From positions 422,120 through 486,119 of the forward strand of contig NMRA01000228.1 of the NCBI GenBank assembly GCA_002633005.1: 64,000 bases of DNA. Reading direction: 5' to 3'. The stretch comes from Phoronis australis. Taxonomy: Eukaryota > Animalia > Phoronida. Below are positions 1-11,166 of this stretch, piece by piece. The stretch's first letter is position 1. Every line of letters starts with the position of its first letter. The notes beneath the pieces were generated by a model, which did not search any database, was not told where the DNA came from, and saw only the letters and a program-made list of their open reading frames with translations. A program made the position numbers and the translations under genes.

Positions 1-20
1 GCCTATCTTGTCTTCACCAG

Positions 21-164
21 GTTGCCCTGATTCCATACATGGCTGTAGGGTTATTGGACAGCTATGAGGGGATAGCCAAGACTGTGGCCTTCTCTCTACA
101 CATTCTACTGTCACTGGCAAACCCACTGTATGCTTCATATGGTGGACTCAACTACATTTTGAAG
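21..164 (+). CDS. ABCA5: ABCA5-like transporter, internal exon (TMD2 region); the gene starts upstream of the window
   Basis: Acceptor ttcaccAG ending at 20, donor GTtggt at 165. 48 codons, VALIPYMAVGLLDS...SYGGLNYILK, hydrophobic, phase 0/0 and in frame with the downstream exons. Confidence 0.8.
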
Positions 165-216
165 GTTGGTAGTAAACAATAATTGATTGAAGAGTGAACT
201 GGTGAAGTATTAACAA

Positions 217-420
217 ATTGTTTTGTGTAATATATTACTCACTATTATGATATTGTTTTGTGTTATATTACTCACTATTATGATATTGTTTTGTGTTTAT
301 ATTACTCACTATTGTAATATTGTTTTGTGTTATATTACTCACTATTATTATATTGTTTTGTGTTTTATTACTCACTATTGTGGTATTTTGTGTTATATTA
401 CTCACTTTTGTATTGTTTTT
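217..420. repeat. Minisatellite, ~33-bp unit, about 6 copies (tattgttttgtgttatattactcactattatga)
   Basis: Tandem copies visible directly in the ABCA intron. Confidence 0.9.
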
Positions 421-589
421 GGTGAATTGCTGAGAGTAATATGGAAAAGCGTTTTTTTTTCAGAAATTTCCTGACGGAAAAAGTCTTTTGCTGGGTTTTT
501 GTTAACTTGGTGACAGGGTTGTGTATAACTGTAAAATTTGTAGTCAGGATTGGTTAGTTTGTATGTGATATCAGCAGTAGTGTTCAATA

Positions 590-760
590 GATGCATTGTT
601 CAACAGTTGCATTGATTGTATATTGCAATAGTTGCATTGTTCAGAAGCAGCATTTTGCAACAGTTGCATTGTACAAAAGTTGTTTTTTGCAATAGTTGCA
701 TTGTTCAACAGTTGCATTTTCCAACAGTTGCGTTTTCCAACAGTTGCATTTTTTTCAACT
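590..760. repeat. Degenerate tandem repeat, unit caacagttgcatt(gtt)
   Basis: Repeated cagttgcatt cores at roughly 16-bp spacing. Confidence 0.8.
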
Positions 761-940
761 TTTTATGCCTGGTCCTGCTTTACCACTGACCCACACACTA
801 TGGTAATTTGGTTGAGACTACAGTTAGTTGCTCAAAGCAGTGAATTATTGAAATGACATTGTGTTTGATGTGGTCAATGGCAGATCTAATCGTGTTACTA
901 TTTATTCACACACTTACCATGTCTTTTATTATGTTTTTAG

Positions 941-1039
941 GTGTATCGATCACATGTTGCAATGTATGGCCCTACAGTTCCCTTGTCCATCAGTGAATAC
1001 TTTAAGTGGGAGGCTGGCATTGTTATTGTGCTCATTGCA
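941..1039 (+). CDS. ABCA5: ABCA5-like exon (last TM region)
   Basis: tttttAG|...|GTAAGT; 33 codons, VYRSHVAMYGPTVPLSISEYFKWEAGIVIVLIA. Confidence 0.8.
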
Positions 1040-1178
1040 GTAAGTCATGTTTTGCTTTAAATGTGTGTATTCATTACAGTCAACTATCATACTAATCTTG
1101 TGATGTAAAGCGTGTCACGTACTCTTACTAAAGGAACATTAAAGTATACTTTGTGCACAAGTTCCATATTATTTTTAG

Positions 1179-1394
1179 CCACCCGTCCATTGTGTGTGGA
1201 ACTATTTCCTGTTGCGCTACCTGGAAGTGCGGAGTACAGGTGGGGATATACGTGATGCATTTCAAGTTTGTGGCTGCAAGCCCAAAACTGATGATGTGGC
1301 CCTGGAGAATGATGACGTTCCAGAGAATGAAGACATTGATGTGACGGAGGAGAGGGAGAGAGTGGAGAATATTGAAGAGACAGCACACTCGACG
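1179..1394 (+). CDS. ABCA5: ABCA5-like exon (TM end and linker)
   Basis: tttttAG|...|GTAGGT; 72 codons containing the ABCA linker motif EDIDVTEERERV. Confidence 0.9.
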
Positions 1395-3154
1395 GTAGGT
1401 ACACACTGCAGATCATGCTGTCAATTAAGGTTCCTCTGTTATCCATCTCTGCTTCCTAAACTCCCTGGATGACATAAAGTTGTTTACATAAAATTTAAGA
1501 AACTTTGTTTTAAAGAACAGAACTAGAAATGTTCAAGTTTCTATTCCGAGTTACCCACAATCTTCTAATTTTCTCCCAAGTTCTCTGCTGATTTCCATGT
1601 TCTTTCGCAGCCGATTCTTTCGAGCAGATCATTAGCCCTGACAGTTTTGTTTAACTATCCTCATGAGCTGTGAACACAAATTGCTATTCAGTAATTGATA
1701 CCGTCTGCCTGTCTCATTGTGTATTTAATTTGGGTCATGAAGTCTGTAGTAGTAGGAGTAGTAGGTCAGTTTGCCTGATTATTTGACTATTTCTTCGCAT
1801 AATACTGAAACCTCCTAACATCATTTTCATTAGAACTGCTGTCCATGTATATTCCCCTTTACTATCTTGCTTGTCTTAATAAGAGTCTAAACGTAATGCC
1901 AAAACAGGAGCCCAATGTTTTTCAATAGTGAAGACTTATCGTTCATGTTAGTACATAATACAGTGCCACAGCAGACAGATGACTGTTTACTCGTGATGAC
2001 ACACGCCTTCTTTCACAGATAAAAATGACAGAAAACTCTGGTATAATTTATGATAGACCAGTTATGCTGTTGTAAGAGTTCAGCCCTGGTTGTAACAAAA
2101 GCTTATTGGATTTATTGACCGACTTTTGGTATTGCAGTCTTGTTAAATGTTGGCCTGTTTTTGTTTGTCTGATTTTGGAATGCATGTGGTCTAACATGTG
2201 ACATTTGGCTGTGTTAGACATCTACGTGACAACTGTGCAGTCTTCTCCTAGCTTTAGATGGTAACTGCTGCCAACTGTCATGGATTTACCCATATTCTAT
2301 GTTCTTTTAGGGTCTAAAAATGTCTGCATACATGTTTTGAAATGTTACGGACTTTAAGCATTCTATTTTCTTCATTGTATATGCTATACACATTGGCTCA
2401 AAAGCAATATGTCACTGAGTGCAGATATTTGTGAGCTTGATTGATGGCATCAATAAAAGACTGTGTATCATTTGGATTGGAGTGCGATTATCAGTCTCGA
2501 AATTTTGTTAGAGAAAAGTTACTTACGGGTAGTAGAAAATCCAGTGGAGTGGCTTTTATAACAATCAAAAATCTGTGTTAGTGCAAACGAAATGGTGGCC
2601 AAATGAACCACTCATCCTATGCAACCATCATTTCTTGTTGAGACTGTTTATTCAATGTGCCCTATGGTAACAATGTATAGCTCTGGCTATTTTCAACTGT
2701 GTGCAGTCGCTGACATGTGGAGGTGTTGCTTTGTTTTCGTCAAAATTCTCAGATATTTTTTGATTAATTTTCCAGATGATTTCTAGGAAATTTTCTTCTG
2801 ATTTCCTTTGTAATTTTCATCGTAATTTCAGCGAATCAGTAAATGACTTTCGACAAAATTTATCTACATTTTCATAGGTTTCTGTCCAGTTGTTGTTTTT
2901 GTTTTAAAAGTATTGCTCATTCTCATTTGAGGTGTTTTTAATCACAATTACCCTCATTGCACTGTAAATGCTGCATAACACTTAGCATTCTGTTTCTTTA
3001 TATTTTATGGTGACACCTTTAGAGCTGAACTCTTCTCATGCTGAGATCTTTAATGTATGACTTATAATCTTCATTCTGAAGTACTGATGTCCTTAGAAAC
3101 TAAGCGATTGTGTTTTGTTTTAACAGCTGTGGTGTTTTACTACTACTACTACTA

Positions 3155-3391
3155 AAAAAATAATAATTACAGGCGGTACACGTTTTACCAGACGTGTGCA
3201 GGCCGCGCAAGTGGGCCCATTGCACTAATCACCTGGAAATATTTTTTATGCTTTATTAATATATGGTTAAAACCGAGCTGAGGAGCTAGAAACCTGGCTC
3301 AAGAGTTTAGCAGTGTGACCTTGTGGGACTCGAACCCACGACCTCGAGTAAAGAAAGCGGGCACTTATCAACCAGGCCACACTGCCTCCTC
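3155..3391 (-). mobile_element. tRNA-derived SINE inserted in a (CTA)n microsatellite
   Basis: Minus strand reads gaggaggcagtgTGGCCTGGTTGataagtg...gtcgtgGGTTCGAGTCCcacaagg (Pol III A and B boxes). ctactactacta flanks both sides. A second head copy lies at about 29520-29603. Confidence 0.75.
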
Positions 3392-3454
3392 ACTACTACT
3401 ACTAAGTTATAGCCAGCTTTAAGTGTGACGTAAAAATTGAATTTTTCATTGTAG

Positions 3455-3529
3455 GAACCTGTGGTGAAAGTTTTGAAATTACGAAAAGAATTTAAACCAC
3501 CAAGAGAAGACAGGAAAAATCAGGAAAAG
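3455..3529 (+). CDS. ABCA5: ABCA5-like exon (start of NBD2)
   Basis: cattgtAG|EPVVKVLKLRKEFKPPREDRKNQEK|GTAAAA; LRKEF is the typical first strand of an ABCA NBD. Confidence 0.85.
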
Positions 3530-3713
3530 GTAAAATTGTGCCTTTTCTATAGCTAATTAGCTGGAAAAGCTGCACAACTAAGCATTTTTTATTGTTTGTA
3601 CTCGTGTGTAGACTCCTTTATCAATCATTGTCATATCCCTCTCAAGCTGTGTGTTACATAATCAGTGACTGATGTGAGCCTTACTGTACATAGAATTGTA
3701 TTTATTATTTCAG

Positions 3714-3746
3714 TATCAAGCACTGCAAGTCGAATCAGAAAACGGT
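3714..3746 (+). CDS. ABCA5: Probable 33-nt frame-preserving microexon of the ABCA gene (YQALQVESENG)
   Basis: Acceptor tttattatttcAG, perfect GTAAGT donor, phase 0/0, no stop codon; lies in the variable loop between LRKEF and VAVKN. Confidence 0.55.
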
Positions 3747-3889
3747 GTAAGTTCTTATCTTTACTTTTACCGAGTAGATACTGGAAGGTGTTAGTGCCAT
3801 CAAATGGTCATTTAAATGTAAAATTATTGTTCGTTTTATATTTTATAATATGACCACTGATACCTCTGTGATCTGATTAGCTTAAGGGG

Positions 3890-4135
3890 AGGGGACCGTT
3901 CCAAGAAACTGACTTAAGTTCATTTTTGACTTAAGTCTAAGATGCGTATCAACCTCCAAATTTTAAAGCTTCCGCATCTGGTAAATTAGTCGACATTAGG
4001 GCAAGGCTCAAGTCAAAAACTTAAGTCAGACTTGAGATCTCTCTCTGGAAACGGACTAGAGATAAATTTAAGTTTTATCGTGAAATTGACTGAAATTTGT
4101 CTTAGCTAAGTCAGTTTTCTTGGAATGGGGCCCCT
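3890..4135. mobile_element. MITE (PIF/Harbinger-like) with TIR aggggaccgttccaagaaa / tttcttggaatggggcccct
   Basis: Imperfect terminal inverted repeats and internal gacttaag repeats; a second partial copy starts at about 57631. Confidence 0.65.
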
Positions 4136-4650
4136 GAACTATGACTGCTGCAATGAGGTAACATTGACCTAGCTAGATGTTGAATGTTGCTTTTTTATTA
4201 ATTATGGTTTTGGCATCAGATATCTTGTTGCTTTTCACGATCTGACCAATCATACGACCAAAAACTGATGACAAAGTGAGGAGAAGATGCCAGTACATCA
4301 CAGAGACAAAAACTGTCTGAAGAAACTGGTCATATAATAGAATAATTATAAACAAATCCCTCAGGCATATTAGGTCATGTGGACTTCAGTCAAGTTCCTT
4401 GATGAATGTTCGTGCAATTTGGCGAATAATTTTTTGTCAAGGAGACAATTTCACGCATGATGTGCTTCCTATCGACCTTTTTATATGTTACATGATATTA
4501 ATAAACACCCCTAAAAGCATACTGTTTGTGGTGCAGCCATGGGTGAATTTCAGCGTTGTGCTAGTTTTATTTCGTATCACAGTAGGTGTGATGTAGATGG
4601 CAATTTGGTCACGTTGGGTGTTGCTTGTAAGCTAACTGTTATTGTGATAG

Positions 4651-4785
4651 ATGATGGTAGCCGTGAAGAACGTGTCGTTTGCCGTCATGCCTGGAGAAGT
4701 ATTCGGTCTCCTAGGCCCTAATGGTGCTGGAAAGACAACCACTCTCAATATGATCATTGCTGAGACTGGACCAAATAAAGGCAGG
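4651..4785 (+). CDS. ABCA5: ABCA5-like exon with Walker A
   Basis: [36 protein letters not shown]...; AG acceptor and GTAAG donor. Confidence 0.97.
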
Positions 4786-5114
4786 GTAAGAAGATGAGGT
4801 TAGATAGAGGGCACATGTGTTGAATGCTTCAGGAACTGTGTCCTGGGCGAGGCTTGGCTTAGTAATGATGAAAACAACTAAATGTCCTCTTACTGGTTCC
4901 TTCTAGAACTGAAAGTTTGGCAGTAGTTGAGTCAATAATAGTTGACAGGTCAGATTTCATCACAAATGTTTACGTGATGAGAAGCATCGTTTCCTCAAAC
5001 TTTTACGAGCTTTATCCTAAGTATCCCTGTTCCTTGTTTTTTAAACGAAATGTTCCATTTTGCGTAAGATGTTATCTATTTTTTAGTCTTTTCTAATTTT
5101 GTTGTATTATATAG

Positions 5115-5287
5115 GTTACTGCTGGTGGCCATGATGTTCATTCAAGCATGTCAGATGCATTCAAGGTGATGGGTTACTGTCCCCAGCATGATGCATTGTG
5201 GGATAGGATCACTCCCAAGGAACACATAGAGTGCTACGCAGCAATAAGGGGCATTCCTTCTGAAGAATGCCCTCTAGTGGCTGAATA
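5115..5287 (+). CDS. ABCA5: ABCA5-like exon with Q-loop
   Basis: Encodes MGYCPQHDALW; donor GTGAGT, phase 2. Confidence 0.97.
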
Positions 5288-5493
5288 GTGAGTCTTGAGC
5301 ATAATGACTAATTTATGTACTTATGGTCTTGTTATTTTGACATTTATCATTTTCTAATCATGGTATTCAACCATTGATAATTAATCTAGATTAATGATGT
5401 TAAGAGCTGTGTAGTTTCCGCTTTCTGTTGCTAATTGAAGGTCACATGCTAATAACTTAATGTAAATTGAAGTGTGCACTTGTTTTTTTTTAG

Positions 5494-5569
5494 CTTTCTA
5501 GATAATTTAGCTATTCAAGAACACAGGAATAAAAGGTCAAAGACACTGTCTGGGGGAACTAAGAGAAAG
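5494..5569 (+). CDS. ABCA5: ABCA5-like exon with ABC signature
   Basis: FLDNLAIQEHRNKRSKTLSGGTKRK; poly-T acceptor; phase fits the previous exon. Confidence 0.95.
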
Positions 5570-5654
5570 GTTGGTTTCACAAATTGAGCAGGCATTTATA
5601 GCTGAAGAAATTCTTTGTGTTTTAAAACTGGAGTTGAGTGTAATTATCACTTTT

Positions 5655-7199
5655 ATGCACCCGCATATACATATGGCGTCTGGCGTCTGCTGCTGTATCT
5701 TCTAAACTGCTTGCAGGTTCTTAATTGAACTTTTGCTTGCGTGTTCCTGTGAAGTTGTTAAAAAATGCCAATCCGATGAATTTCAGACCGATTTGACAGT
5801 GTGCCCCCTAGTGGCAATTTGTTATGTTTCCCTCAGTATCTCCTGAGTTCCTTAATGGATTTTTGTGACATTCAGTGAATATGTTTCTATTAAAGAGGCA
5901 ACAATGTCTTCTAATTTTCTGATGGATTTTATGTATTGTATGGAATATACTGGTCACTTATATAATTTTTAGTTTGTTTTTTGGCATATGCCTTTCTATC
6001 CACTTCGTGCTTGAAGGATTTTAATGAAAATTGGTGTATGCATTCCTGTTGAGGATAACACGACTGCCGGGTTCGACATCTCTGGCACCATCTGGTGGTG
6101 ACTTTGTTTTGGCGATTATGGCTGTATCTTCTTAAACCTTAGCAGGATCTTTGTGAAACTGAGCAGGTGTGTTCCTATGGAGATGATAACAGATGGAGAC
6201 AAATTTCCGACTATTGTTGTGCCCCCTAGTGGCGAATTTATTTTTTCCGTTTTCCTGTGTGTCTTTGGAGTTCGTTGATCGATTTTTGGGATATTTCGTC
6301 CTTTTTTAATGGATTTGACGTATTCTGCACCAACTGGTGGTCATTTTTATTAATTTCAGTCTGTTCCTGATGTCCACATCTTTATCTGCCTAATCTTGAT
6401 GACGATGGCTGACGTTGATTTTCAGATGGGTCTGACAATTGCTATGTCTGGAGTGGTGATTTGGTTGTTTTTGAAGCGTTTTTCTATAAATGTGACAATG
6501 TCTGCCCACAGCGTTTGGACGGCTCTGCCTACCGCTGTGCCCAATAGTGACCATTTTAAATTTTACACTCGTCTCTGTATCTTTAGACGTTGGTCACCGT
6601 TTTTCAGGAAATTTGGCTAGCAAGTTTCTGTTATGAAGACGACAGCACCTTTCCATTTTGTGATGGATTCAACATGTTCTGTTCCAGGTAGTGGACATTT
6701 TTATTATTTTCAAGTCGGCCTGTTTATCTACCAAACTGTTGAGAGGATCATCATATGAAAATTGACAGATGTGTTTCTTCTGACAAACAAGACTGACGTG
6801 GATTTTCAGACAGATCCAGTAATGTGGTGCCCCCTAGTGGCATTTTTTGCATAAATGGCTGTATCGTTTGGAAAATTGGAAAGTGTATTCCTATTAACTT
6901 GGACATGTATTCCTTTTAACTTGACAACTGATGGATGGAGCTGACTTCCAATTGTGTCTCCATATGGCAAGTTTTTTTTCATATTTGCCTCTGTATGTAT
7001 CCAGTTTCTTAACAGATTTTCATGAAATTTAGTCAATAGTTTTCAATTTGAGAGAAGACACCTTCCCATGTTCAGATTGGTTTGAAATATTCTGCCTCAT
7101 TTAAGGGCCATTTTCATGATACTAATGAACACCCCTAGAAACATACCATTCATTGTATAGTCATGGGCGCATTTCAACGCTCTGCGTTGCTCTTTTGTT
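5655..7199 (+). mobile_element. Helentron-associated non-autonomous element (DINE-1/HINE-like)
   Basis: 5' tttt-atgcacccgcatatacatatg subTIR/palindrome, internal cccctagtggc tandem units, and a 3' gggcgcat subTIR followed by a caacgc-tct-gcgttg stem-loop and ctcttttgtt. Confidence 0.75.
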
Positions 7200-7378
7200 A
7201 AGTACAGTTTGTCTTATGTATGTTGTTGCAATGTGAATTAAAACTCAGGTCATTTACAGATCATAAAATATAAGTGCTATGTTCGTTTTTTATATCCGTG
7301 ATCGATTTGAAAATGTTGGAGGAAAGAACAAAATTTTATTCATTGTATTATTATGATAAATGTATTTTCTTTTTGTAG

Positions 7379-7473
7379 TTGAGTTACGCCATGAGTATGT
7401 TAGGAGATCCAAAGATAGTTTTATTGGATGAACCATCCACGGGAATGGATCCCAAGTCTAAAAGATTCTTGTG
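7379..7473 (+). CDS. ABCA5: ABCA5-like exon with Walker B and D-loop
   Basis: [32 protein letters not shown]; donor GTAAGT. Confidence 0.97.
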
Positions 7474-7641
7474 GTAAGTTTCATATTTCAGTAGAGGCAA
7501 AACTGAAACTATGTCATTGTTGAAACTATTACATGCTTACAATTTTAGCTTTAGTTTTAAATATCATTTGTTCAGCGCTTTGATAAGTGAGACCAGTTTA
7601 CTTTGTTGCTGTGTGCTGACACTGTGCCTTTCTGTACTTAG

Positions 7642-7761
7642 GGACACAATTACTAAGAGTTTTGAAGGGAGCAGGCGGGGCGCCATCTTGACAACGCATT
7701 ACATGGAGGAGGCCGATGCCCTGTGTAGTCGGATATCAATTATGGTCAATGGACGTATGGA
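7642..7761 (+). CDS. ABCA5: ABCA5-like exon with H-switch
   Basis: RGAILTTHYMEEADALCSRISIMVNG. The AILTTHYMEEA form is characteristic of the ABCA5 subgroup. Confidence 0.97.
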
Positions 7762-8609
7762 GTAAGTGATAAAACAGTAAAAAAAAATTCAGTTTGGCAC
7801 AGTCTCTAAATTTGGGACACAGAAATTCAAGCCGAAATTGATTTTTCTGGGTTCGCAAGAGTAGTACATTGGTGATTGTTGATGTTTGTAGCATTTCTCA
7901 AATATCGGACACTGCTTTTTGTATCACATAGTTTAAAAACAGACTTGACAGTTCATAAAATTGTCGACAGAACAATTTTATGCGTCCCCAAAGTGCACTT
8001 GTCATTGATTAGAAGTCTTGAACATGTGATGGCCAGTATGGCTTATCTCTAAAATTTGGTACAAGCTCTGACTTTCAGCAAGATAATTAATTTTTCACTG
8101 TCTCAAAGTGGAGAAGTTTTACCCTATTGGTTGTTTGAATGCAAATTCAAATATTGACTTTGTTAAAATAGCATGATCACTTTGCAGTTGTTAGCAGTGC
8201 AAAAGCATCCATGTTTAAATAAGTTGATTGCAAGTTGGTTTGTTACCTTTTTATATTGATACAGTTTCTTGGAATATTGAACAGCAATACTGTTAAACAT
8301 ACAAAGGTGCTGTATTGTAGACTGCACGGTTTTTTGATGCCACATGTGTGCAATAGATGTTCAGATTTTTTGTTGACTGATATCTTTGACCATTGGAGAA
8401 TCGTCACATGTCGTGAACACATCCACTAAAACAAGAAACTGTAGGAACACCACATTTATCCACCTTCACTCTTATCAGGCTTCTATTGTGAGTCAGCATG
8501 CGTGAATAATTGGCTGATAAGCCACCTCTGGAACTACTTTTGGCTGAATGGATGACCAGGCCATAAAATGATAATTAGCCAAGACCAGTTACTATTATGC
8601 AACAAAGAA

Positions 8610-9170
8610 NNNNNNNNNNNNNNNNNNNNNNNNNNNNNNNNNNNNNNNNNNNNNNNNNNNNNNNNNNNNNNNNNNNNNNNNNNNNNNNNNNNNNNNNNNN
8701 NNNNNNNNNNNNNNNNNNNNNNNNNNNNNNNNNNNNNNNNNNNNNNNNNNNNNNNNNNNNNNNNNNNNNNNNNNNNNNNNNNNNNNNNNNNNNNNNNNNN
8801 NNNNNNNNNNNNNNNNNNNNNNNNNNNNNNNNNNNNNNNNNNNNNNNNNNNNNNNNNNNNNNNNNNNNNNNNNNNNNNNNNNNNNNNNNNNNNNNNNNNN
8901 NNNNNNNNNNNNNNNNNNNNNNNNNNNNNNNNNNNNNNNNNNNNNNNNNNNNNNNNNNNNNNNNNNNNNNNNNNNNNNNNNNNNNNNNNNNNNNNNNNNN
9001 NNNNNNNNNNNNNNNNNNNNNNNNNNNNNNNNNNNNNNNNNNNNNNNNNNNNNNNNNNNNNNNNNNNNNNNNNNNNNNNNNNNNNNNNNNNNNNNNNNNN
9101 NNNNNNNNNNNNNNNNNNNNNNNNNNNNNNNNNNNNNNNNNNNNNNNNNNNNNNNNNNNNNNNNNNNNNN
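8610..9170. other. Assembly gap (N run) inside an ABCA intron
   Basis: Run of n. Confidence 1.
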
Positions 9171-10267
9171 CCGCAGATCACATCTCGGAAATTGCCGATT
9201 TGACGGATGACAATGAATGAACAAAATGAAATTAACAACGTCGTTTTACAGCTTGTAAGATTCATAATAAACGTATTTTGAATATTGCAATGCATGTGTT
9301 CCAAAATCTAAATAACTTGGGTCCTATATTTTTGTATTAGTGCGCGCCGAATGAAAGTAATCGTGAGTGTTGCTGTGTTGCAAAATCTCTTATCCTGGGC
9401 CGATTTGAAAAATTCAAAGTTGTACTCATATTTGTTTTCGCTCCTCTTTTCAAATATTACAGTAAAAACTACGTAAAACTCTCTCCATAAAAAGTACAGT
9501 CAGCTAGCTAGATTGTAATCAGCTGATCATATCCGCATGAGCGAAGCCAATTATCCTCGCTCGTGACTCGATGACTAGAGTAGCTTGGCGGCTTCCCTTT
9601 GATCGTGAGCCGAGCGCGACTCAGCCAAGGTGGATAAATACGGTCTACTTCAATTTTCCATACCCCGCCGTTTACCTTAACCACTGGGGTTAGAACCAAT
9701 CTTATGTAGTGGGAATGTTCATAGCATGATGAAGTGTGTTATCAAGCTATAAACACACAAACATTACACTAGGGAATTTGAGAATCCAACCAGTGGACAT
9801 TGCCAGCTGGGTTTCTGTCGTGCACATCTCAACTTAACCCAGTTTTCTGTTGTGAAAGTGGAGACAGCATCATGCTGAGCGTTGACTTCCTCTGTGGGTT
9901 TGGATGGACTTGCCTGCCATTGTTTTTGCTTATATCTGTGTTACCTTTCAATGAATCTATTTTTAGTGTAAAACAATATCAACAATTTCTATTTGAAGCA
10001 TCAAAATTGTCCCACATATGGTAAACTTGTGTTAGTTTTAAATCAGAGTCCTCCAGTACGCTGTCCAGAAACACATGACTCATCAAACAATAACATGAGT
10101 CTCCTACCAGTGAATGTAATTGATATAGCCTGAGGGAAATCATTTGAGGACAAACTTTAATAATCTGCCTGGTGGTGACTTATTTTGCCTAATGAATTGT
10201 GAAGGACTTGTTTACCCGGGCGCAAACACAGTCATTAGCATACCCATGGTAATCCGCATGTGCTTAC

Positions 10268-10322
10268 CACACGCACGCACGCGCGTGCACACACACACAC
10301 ACAACACACACACACACACACA
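10268..10322. repeat. (CA)n microsatellite
   Basis: Visible directly. Confidence 0.95.
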
Positions 10323-10369
10323 AAATTTTGTTTGATTTATTTTTAATTCTTTTTCTTCTGTATCTGTAG

Positions 10370-10670
10370 ATGTATAGGTTCAACACAGCACTTAAAAGAT
10401 AGATATGGTGGCGGCTATATCTTGGAAGTAAAGGTGGGCAGTTCAGATGATTTTCAAGAGTCCTTAGAGCACAACATGTCTCGCTTGCATGAGTTTATCA
10501 CACAGTTGTTCCCCGATGCTGATAGAGTGGAGTACTTCAGTGATTGGATGACCTACAAAATCCCTCAAAAACAGGTCAAGTCTCTTGCAGCCATCTTTGA
10601 AGCATTTGAAAATGGCAAGCACAAGTTCAATATTGAGGAGTACAGCTTTAGCCAGTCAACATTAGAACAG
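10370..10670 (+). CDS. ABCA5: ABCA5-like exon (regulatory domain)
   Basis: CIGSTQHLKDRYGGGYILEVK...IEEYSFSQSTLEQ; AG acceptor and GTAACT donor. Confidence 0.97.
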
Positions 10671-11043
10671 GTAACTGCTGGGACTAATGGCAAATATGTT
10701 CTTTCAGGAGTTTTTACATACTTACAAATACATGTAAATTGTACACTTTACAAACTTTTAATAGACCGGTATGCAAACAAGGAATGCTGACTTTATTGGT
10801 CAGTTTGATGTTGTTTATTCAGAGTAAATTGTGAAATACTGTAGCAGGATATATGGGACACCGCTCAGTGTGTATTGTTAGTGGTCAGGTACTTGGAATA
10901 GTACAACAGTAAATGTCTTTTATTGAAGCTAATACAAACATAATGCTTATTACAACAGTGAGTACTGTGTAGTGATATTGACTGTATGTAGACAATCACT
11001 AAACGTTCAATGTTGGCAAACAAACTGATTCTTGTTGTTGTAG

Positions 11044-11166
11044 GTGTTTCTCCAGTTTGCTAAACTCCAGACAGAAGATCTTGAGGAAGAAGAAAATGCT
11101 ACGCTGAAACGTCAAGTGAGCTTGTTGAGCTCCAACTCTGCACATGAGATGACCACACAGTTATAA
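11044..11166 (+). CDS. ABCA5: ABCA5-like terminal coding exon
   Basis: VFLQFAKLQTEDLEEEENATLKRQVSLLSSNSAHEMTTQL*; completes the conserved TLEQ/VFLxFA motif. Confidence 0.95.
   Translation: MFLQFAKLQTEDLEEEENATLKRQVSLLSSNSAHEMTTQL

Noticed and set aside
223-856. Cys/Tyr-rich repetitive ORFs
   Set aside because: They are translations of intronic minisatellites.
8534-9304. Long ORFs across the first gap (and 38984-40254 across the second)
   Set aside because: They consist of X residues translated from N runs.
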